IMG/VR virus record: IMGVR_UViG_3300042988_001700
Location: 1-64,000 of that record
Origin: a virus
Length of the DNA stretch: 64,000 bases
Direction: 5' to 3' (one strand)
Positions 59,340-64,000 of this stretch are shown one piece after another; the stretch's first letter is position 1, and each line of letters begins with the position of its first letter. The notes beneath the pieces were generated by a model. The model was not told where the DNA came from. It worked only from the letters and a program-made list of their open reading frames with translations, and made no database searches. The translations under genes were made by a program, and so were the position numbers.

Positions 59340-59597
59340 CTAAACCCCTTTATTGTTACTTAACTGTCTACTCCACCGCTCTATGTGAGCAGAGGCATGT
59401 ATTGGTTCGCTATCGGCATGTTTTACAGCAAAATCGTGCATCTCGGAAGAAACCTCCAATGCGCTGTTGTGCGATAAGTTTTGAACAACCGCCAGTTCTG
59501 CGCGAATTGCTTCCATCGCCCTGCGCAAAGCCATTGGCCTCATTTGTGGAAGCTCGACATCGACTATCTCAAGTGCTTTTTCTAAGTTCATTCCCAT
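59340..59597 (-). CDS. Hypothetical cassette-like gene
   Basis: GGAGG RBS and ATG shortly after the GTTGGTT box at 59633-59639. Confidence 0.55.
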   Translation of the reverse strand: MGMNLEKALEIVDVELPQMRPMALRRAMEAIRAELAVVQNLSHNSALEVSSEMHDFAVKHADSEPIHASAHIERWSRQLSNNKGV

Positions 59598-59662
59598 GAG
59601 CGCCTCCGAACATAAAAATGACAAAAACTTTCAACCAACGTTCCGCAAACCCGCAAGCCGTA

Positions 59663-59932
59663 TTAAAGTGAAAACCTGCTGCCGCACTCTGGACAGAAAT
59701 TCCACACGACGCTCACTCCACTCCCACCACAAACCTGACATGGCTTGAATTGCGTGTTAGGCGTAGTGCCCAACTCCACAGTTTTAAGAGCGCGAATTTG
59801 ATCGCACAAAATAGCAAAGTTGTCATAATGATAAGCCATAGATTGACCGAGCGACTCTCGAACCTTGTTCTCCGCCACCATACCATCGCGCTCTGTTATC
59901 AAAGCCTGTAATTCTATAAAGTTGTTTTCCAC
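59663..59932 (-). CDS. Hypothetical cassette-like gene with C-terminal CxxC...CxxC
   Basis: AGGAG RBS then GTG after the GTTGGGC box; C-terminus encoded inside an attC-like site. Confidence 0.55.
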   Translation of the reverse strand: MENNFIELQALITERDGMVAENKVRESLGQSMAYHYDNFAILCDQIRALKTVELGTTPNTQFKPCQVCGGSGVSVVWNFCPECGSRFSL

Positions 59933-60212
59933 GATCGCGCTCCTATAAGTTAAAGGAATTTCGCCCAACGTTTTCCGCACTCCAGAACGTGAGGTATTTT
60001 ACCAGTAGAGCTACCCCGCATTTTGGGCTGCGGTTGTTGTAAGATGTATGCGGTTCTTCCATAATTTTCAGCGCGGCTAATACTCGTTCTACACTTTCTC
60101 CGGCAGTGTTGCCATCATGGGACCCGTTAACTACGAGATGTTGGTTATCCCCTTACGGGACAAGTGGGGGCCGCGCCTACAATTTCAAAGAACCGCATAT
60201 TTCTTACAACGT

Positions 60213-60470
60213 TCAGCCAACACTGCGCGACAGTTTGCGCGACGGATGCACTGAACACTCCGCACCCATACACGCACCGTTAAATCGCATATACCCACAA
60301 TTCTTACCATATAAAGCGCAAATTTCGACGCTTGGCTTGTTGGACGCTGCAAACTTTTTTTCCAAATAAAGCCAGGCCGCTTTCGCTGCTTGTTTCTGCG
60401 CAATAGGATAGCACAGCCAATCGTGTTTTTGCTTCCACCACTCTTCGAAACGCTCATCTTCAGCGGCCAT
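60213..60470 (-). CDS. Hypothetical cassette-like gene
   Basis: GGAG RBS then ATG (MAAEDERFEEWW) after the GTTGGAA box. Confidence 0.55.
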   Translation of the reverse strand: MAAEDERFEEWWKQKHDWLCYPIAQKQAAKAAWLYLEKKFAASNKPSVEICALYGKNCGYMRFNGACMGAECSVHPSRKLSRSVG

Positions 60471-60525
60471 AAGAACTCCAAAGAAAAAGTTTATTGCATT
60501 CCAACTTGACAAATGTATGCCGTGC

Positions 60526-60732
60526 TTACACTACTGGTTTCCATTTAGCACAAACACCTGCCTGCATGCTACATTCTTTATTGCCACAACTGATGCAGCA
60601 TGGCATACTTTGTTTGTTGGTTGACTGTTGAGCGAGTACAGCGGTTTTCAGAGTTTGCCACTCCTCGCAATCGCGAACAAGAACGTACTGTGATAAAAAC
60701 TTTTCAAACATACCAACCTCTATGTCTAACAC
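60526..60732 (-). CDS. Hypothetical cassette-like gene
   Basis: AGGAG RBS then GTG after the GTTGGTT box; Cys-rich tail inside an attC-like site. Confidence 0.55.
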   Translation of the reverse strand: MLDIEVGMFEKFLSQYVLVRDCEEWQTLKTAVLAQQSTNKQSMPCCISCGNKECSMQAGVCAKWKPVV

Positions 60733-60792
60733 GGTAAACTCCTACGAAAAAATTTAAGAGCGAAATCGCAACCAACTTGACAAAGTGTGCCA

Positions 60793-62391
60793 TTAACCAC
60801 ATTTAATTTCAATATCATCAAAAACAACCGGAATCAACTCTTTAAACTTTTTAAGCATCGGAATCGTAAGCTCAAGCATCTGAGGATGTGGCTTTCCACT
60901 TTCCCCGGCAGCACGCAACTTAAAAAACTTGCGCCACTCCCTCAAATTTGCAGTTAAAAACATCTCGGTCTTTGTGCTCCTATTCAGGACCGACCGCGCC
61001 ATCTGGGGAGATTCACCAAGCTCTATCAATTTAAGATAGCTCTTTTCAGCGCTCTTGCACGCATCAATCCATACCGAAGCCGATTCCGGGTTCTTAAAAT
61101 GCTCAATAGGATCAATGAACGTAACTGAATTATCAAATTTGTCCTTTGAATAGTTGCAGTTATGAACAACGACACCGTTAGACACAAAATTTTTAAAATC
61201 AGACATAACAGACACATCATAAACATCTACAAACCCAACCGATTCTATTGATACAATTTTATCAAAAAATATAGTTTCCAAATTTTTCGAATGAATTCTA
61301 AAATGACACGAAGCACAAGTAGTTATTAAATTCTCTACAGCATTATTATTGCGATCACCATCTACGTGATGAACATTTAGTCCAGTTTCAGAAGAGCATA
61401 TTTCGCATTTGTTTTTTTGTATTTTTCTATAAGACCCTTTTCCAAGTTTATACAATCTATCTTTTTTTTGTTTTCCAGTATAACGACCCTCATTCCAATG
61501 GTTTTCACGTAAAGAATTTATTTGTCTTTTTACCCTTTCGTCCGAACCGTCCAACCCAGCGTTCCAAGGTTTTCTGCCAATATTAAAATAGCTTTTTGGT
61601 TTTTTTGGCAACTTATGTTTTCTAACCCAACTCTTAATAGCAGACAACCCAAAGCCAAACTCTCTACTTATATCTACTGCCGTTTTGTTCAACACATTAT
61701 ACTGGTTATATAGCCAATCCCTGTTCTTATAAAGAAGACAAGACCCATTTACGGCGACGCATCCACCAACAAGCAACTCCTTGACTGCCACATATCCGTA
61801 ATCAGTATATATTTTATGATCAGCAGTAGCTACAATAGAATACCCCAAAAAAGTATTTATTTTAATAACAGGCTTTACTCCAGAATAAAAAATATCGTTG
61901 ATTTTACAAAATTGCAACTCTCCAGTGCGCTCATTATATTGACGTATTCCAATTCTTTTCCACGAACCATTACAAGAATTTATCTTCTTTTTATACAAAT
62001 CACTTAGCGTTAATCCATAATGAGGATTTTTTGTGGTTAGTTTCATGTTTCCAGCAACACAGTATCTCGTACTTTCTTGCGATACCCCCGGATTCCATTC
62101 CATATCGAATACAAAATCGTCATCAACATGGACAAGCCGATGCCTAGTCCACTCCTGGCTCACGCCAAGGTCGCAAATAACCTTGACACTAACAGAAACA
62201 TGCTCAAGCATCGATTCGTGCCCACCGTCTATCGCGTGACTTTTAACAAAAGAATACGCAGGGTTTATTCCCGGCAAACAACCATCTTTAGAAGACTTGT
62301 AACAGGTCCTTCCGGCCTCCTCAATATGATTAAGAGCAATAAATCCCGGAAATAACATTTTTACAGTGAACTCAGAAAGCATAATATTCAT
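60793..62391 (-). CDS. thyX: Flavin-dependent thymidylate synthase with intein
   Basis: IEEAGRTCYKS, GHESMLEH, RHR...SQESTRY|CNY, ARSVL, ANLREWRKFFKLR, HPQM. Start MNIML overlaps the upstream stop. Confidence 0.92.
   Translation of the reverse strand: MNIMLSEFTVKMLFPGFIALNHIEEAGRTCYKSSKDGCLPGINPAYSFVKSHAIDGGHESMLEHVSVSVKVICDLGVSQEWTRHRLVHVDDDFVFDMEWNPGVSQESTRYCVAGNMKLTTKNPHYGLTLSDLYKKKINSCNGSWKRIGIRQYNERTGELQFCKINDIFYSGVKPVIKINTFLGYSIVATADHKIYTDYGYVAVKELLVGGCVAVNGSCLLYKNRDWLYNQYNVLNKTAVDISREFGFGLSAIKSWVRKHKLPKKPKSYFNIGRKPWNAGLDGSDERVKRQINSLRENHWNEGRYTGKQKKDRLYKLGKGSYRKIQKNKCEICSSETGLNVHHVDGDRNNNAVENLITTCASCHFRIHSKNLETIFFDKIVSIESVGFVDVYDVSVMSDFKNFVSNGVVVHNCNYSKDKFDNSVTFIDPIEHFKNPESASVWIDACKSAEKSYLKLIELGESPQMARSVLNRSTKTEMFLTANLREWRKFFKLRAAGESGKPHPQMLELTIPMLKKFKELIPVVFDDIEIKCG
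61159..62061 (-). mobile_element. Intein in ThyX (301 aa) with HNH homing endonuclease
   Basis: Begins CVAGN, block B ATADH, CEIC...HHVDGDRNNN...NLITTCASCH, ends VYDVSV...VVVHN|C. Confidence 0.92.
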
Positions 62392-62990
62392 CGTACACCA
62401 ACCTCGTCGGACAACAAGAGTATTAACGCACTGATCTTTCCCATACAGTCCCAAGCCTTCCTGATGTGCGCCTGAATGCTTCCGCGACTATTTTCACCAG
62501 CAGCACTTCTAACCACGGTCAACTTCTCTGATTCTATTTGATATATAAGGCACAGCCTTTCACACGCTCTAACAACACTGGTAGTGTCTTGATATTTATT
62601 AAGCAATAACCAGTGCATATAGCGTATCTGATCATCACAATCCATTTCAGCCGTCTTCTTGTATAAAACATTCGAATACAATAGCGACCGAACAGCGGCA
62701 ATATCACGATCGAATTGGTCTATAACTATACCCTCCGGGCTTTTTGGATCTATTGTCACCATCCGCATAGACACATTGGCAGAAGGAACAGCGACCGGAT
62801 CTTTTTTTGCACGATCAAGCGCAATAGAATCATCAAGACGCTTCTTTTCGACAGAAGCCTTATAAGCAGCTTCAGCATCACCAAAACCAGAAACATCGAT
62901 AGCAGGAACGCGACGATTCATAACCACCGAACCATCACCAGAGAAAGACACCAACGAAAAGCACAAAACAAACAAAAAAACCTTAAACAT
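62388..62990 (-). CDS. Secreted/periplasmic hypothetical protein
   Basis: GGAGG RBS; signal peptide MFKVFLFVLCFSLVSFS. Confidence 0.6.
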   Translation of the reverse strand: MFKVFLFVLCFSLVSFSGDGSVVMNRRVPAIDVSGFGDAEAAYKASVEKKRLDDSIALDRAKKDPVAVPSANVSMRMVTIDPKSPEGIVIDQFDRDIAAVRSLLYSNVLYKKTAEMDCDDQIRYMHWLLLNKYQDTTSVVRACERLCLIYQIESEKLTVVRSAAGENSRGSIQAHIRKAWDCMGKISALILLLSDEVGVR

Positions 62991-63154
62991 AAAACCTCCA
63001 AAAAAAATAAATTAAAAAAACGTGTATGCTACGTTCAGTGTGGCGTGCTATTTAGATCCAGCATTCCCGGAACAGAACACGCACCGCATAAGTCGTCACC
63101 TATTTTTTCACCAGCACCTATAGTCGCATACACATTAGATATTAACATGCCATT

Positions 63155-63183
63155 AATATAACTAATGGAGATTATATTGTCAA
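63155..63183 (-). promoter_or_regulatory. Sigma70-type promoter
   Basis: TTGACA-17 bp-TATATT. Confidence 0.75.
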
Positions 63184-63207
63184 GTTACTTGTTTTCTATT
63201 TTAAAAT

Positions 63208-63285
63208 AAAAAAAGCCCTTGCTTTTCACTATCCTACGCACGCTCTCCGGCGGGTATATTTCCATAGGATTAGATACGCAAGGGC
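63208..63285 (-). terminator. Long hairpin ending in a T tract (terminator or structured RNA)
   Basis: GCCCTTGC...ATCCTA...TAGGAT...GCAAGGGC-TTTTTTT on the minus strand. Confidence 0.55.
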
Positions 63286-63309
63286 ACCTACACAGGCACT
63301 ACTGGCCGT

Positions 63310-64000
63310 TTATTTTGTCAACATAGTAATAACATGACGAACATTTACCGCTGCAACGCGAAGCCACATTGAATGATCATGGTCGGTATCGGCAAACTTG
63401 TCAGCGGCAATACCAAGTTCGCAAGCGATTATGTTCAGTGTTTCGACAGCCTCTTCGTTTCCCTTGGAAGACAAAGCCTTTATCTCGTCCAACTTTTTTT
63501 TGGCAGCAATCTCTGAATTGCGCTTTTCGTCTTCGACGCGCTTTCTTTCGATAGCAGCATTCCTTTCTGCCAATTCTCTTTGCGCCTTTATTTCAGCATC
63601 AGCCTTTGCCTTCTGGTCGCGAAGAAGCTTTTCGGACGCCTCTTTTTGACGATTGATTTCTGCTTCTGCATCTTGCCTTGCCTTTTGCGCTTCCATTTTA
63701 GCCTGAGCCTCCTTGCGCATAGCCTCTCTTTCGGCAGCCTCTCTTTCATGGCGCTCTTTTGCTATAACGCGCTCTCGCTCTTCGGCCTCACGACGCAACC
63801 GATCATTTTCGAGCTGCATGGCGTACCTGGCTTCCGCCTCCGCCTTTTCTTTTGCAACGCGCTCATGCTCTAAGCGTGCTGCCTCGACATCAGCCAACCG
63901 CTTTTCCTCCTGCTTGGCAAGTATCTCGACGTACTTTTCCTGCTTCTCAAGGTACTCTTCTATCGGCTCTATCAATTCAGTCAATGTTTTGGCTATTCGG
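63310..64000 (-). CDS. Coiled-coil phage protein, partial (5' end outside window)
   Basis: E/R/K/A-rich; LIEPIEEYLEKQE; frame open to the window end. Confidence 0.65.
   Translation of the reverse strand, partial: RIAKTLTELIEPIEEYLEKQEKYVEILAKQEEKRLADVEAARLEHERVAKEKAEAEARYAMQLENDRLRREAEERERVIAKERHEREAAEREAMRKEAQAKMEAQKARQDAEAEINRQKEASEKLLRDQKAKADAEIKAQRELAERNAAIERKRVEDEKRNSEIAAKKKLDEIKALSSKGNEEAVETLNIIACELGIAADKFADTDHDHSMWLRVAAVNVRHVITMLTK

Larger units (their letters stand above)
59466..60793 (-). mobile_element. Array of attC-like hairpins (integron-cassette-like array; no integrase in window)
   Basis: Complete sites 59633-59762, 59963-60042, 60204-60345 and 60499-60622; half sites 59466-59472 and 60770-60793. 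Each runs ...AAC to GTT... with imperfect inverted arms. Confidence 0.6.

Noticed and set aside
1-64000. Stop-codon reassignment
   Set aside because: Long genes are intact in the standard code, and TAA, TGA and TAG all end genes at tight junctions.

Overview
A 64-kb segment of a tailed dsDNA phage (podovirus-like), almost all on the minus strand. Right to left it carries: (1) an early/accessory region with intein-containing ThyX, two methyltransferases, a MazG-like protein, many small ORFs, a tRNA-like element and structured non-coding elements; (2) a short divergent plus-strand operon at 53.1-54.9 kb; (3) small terminase and a large terminase with two inteins; (4) a sugar-modification cluster between terminase and portal (four glycosyltransferase-like genes, three radical SAM enzymes, a split ThDP-dependent E1 alpha/beta pair); (5) P22-like portal, scaffold, N4-like major capsid, adaptor and nozzle; (6) a second glycosyltransferase/methyltransferase cluster next to a ~2550-aa fibre with a ~515-aa Ser/Pro mucin-like stalk; (7) probable ejection proteins. 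Two candidate systems stand out. One is a mucin-type virion O-glycosylation system: a ppGalNAc-transferase-like enzyme next to the mucin-like fibre. The other is an integron-cassette-like array of attC-like hairpins at 59.4-60.8 kb, with no integrase in the window and one cassette carrying a repeated non-coding motif instead of a gene. All family calls come from motifs recognised by eye; no searches were run.
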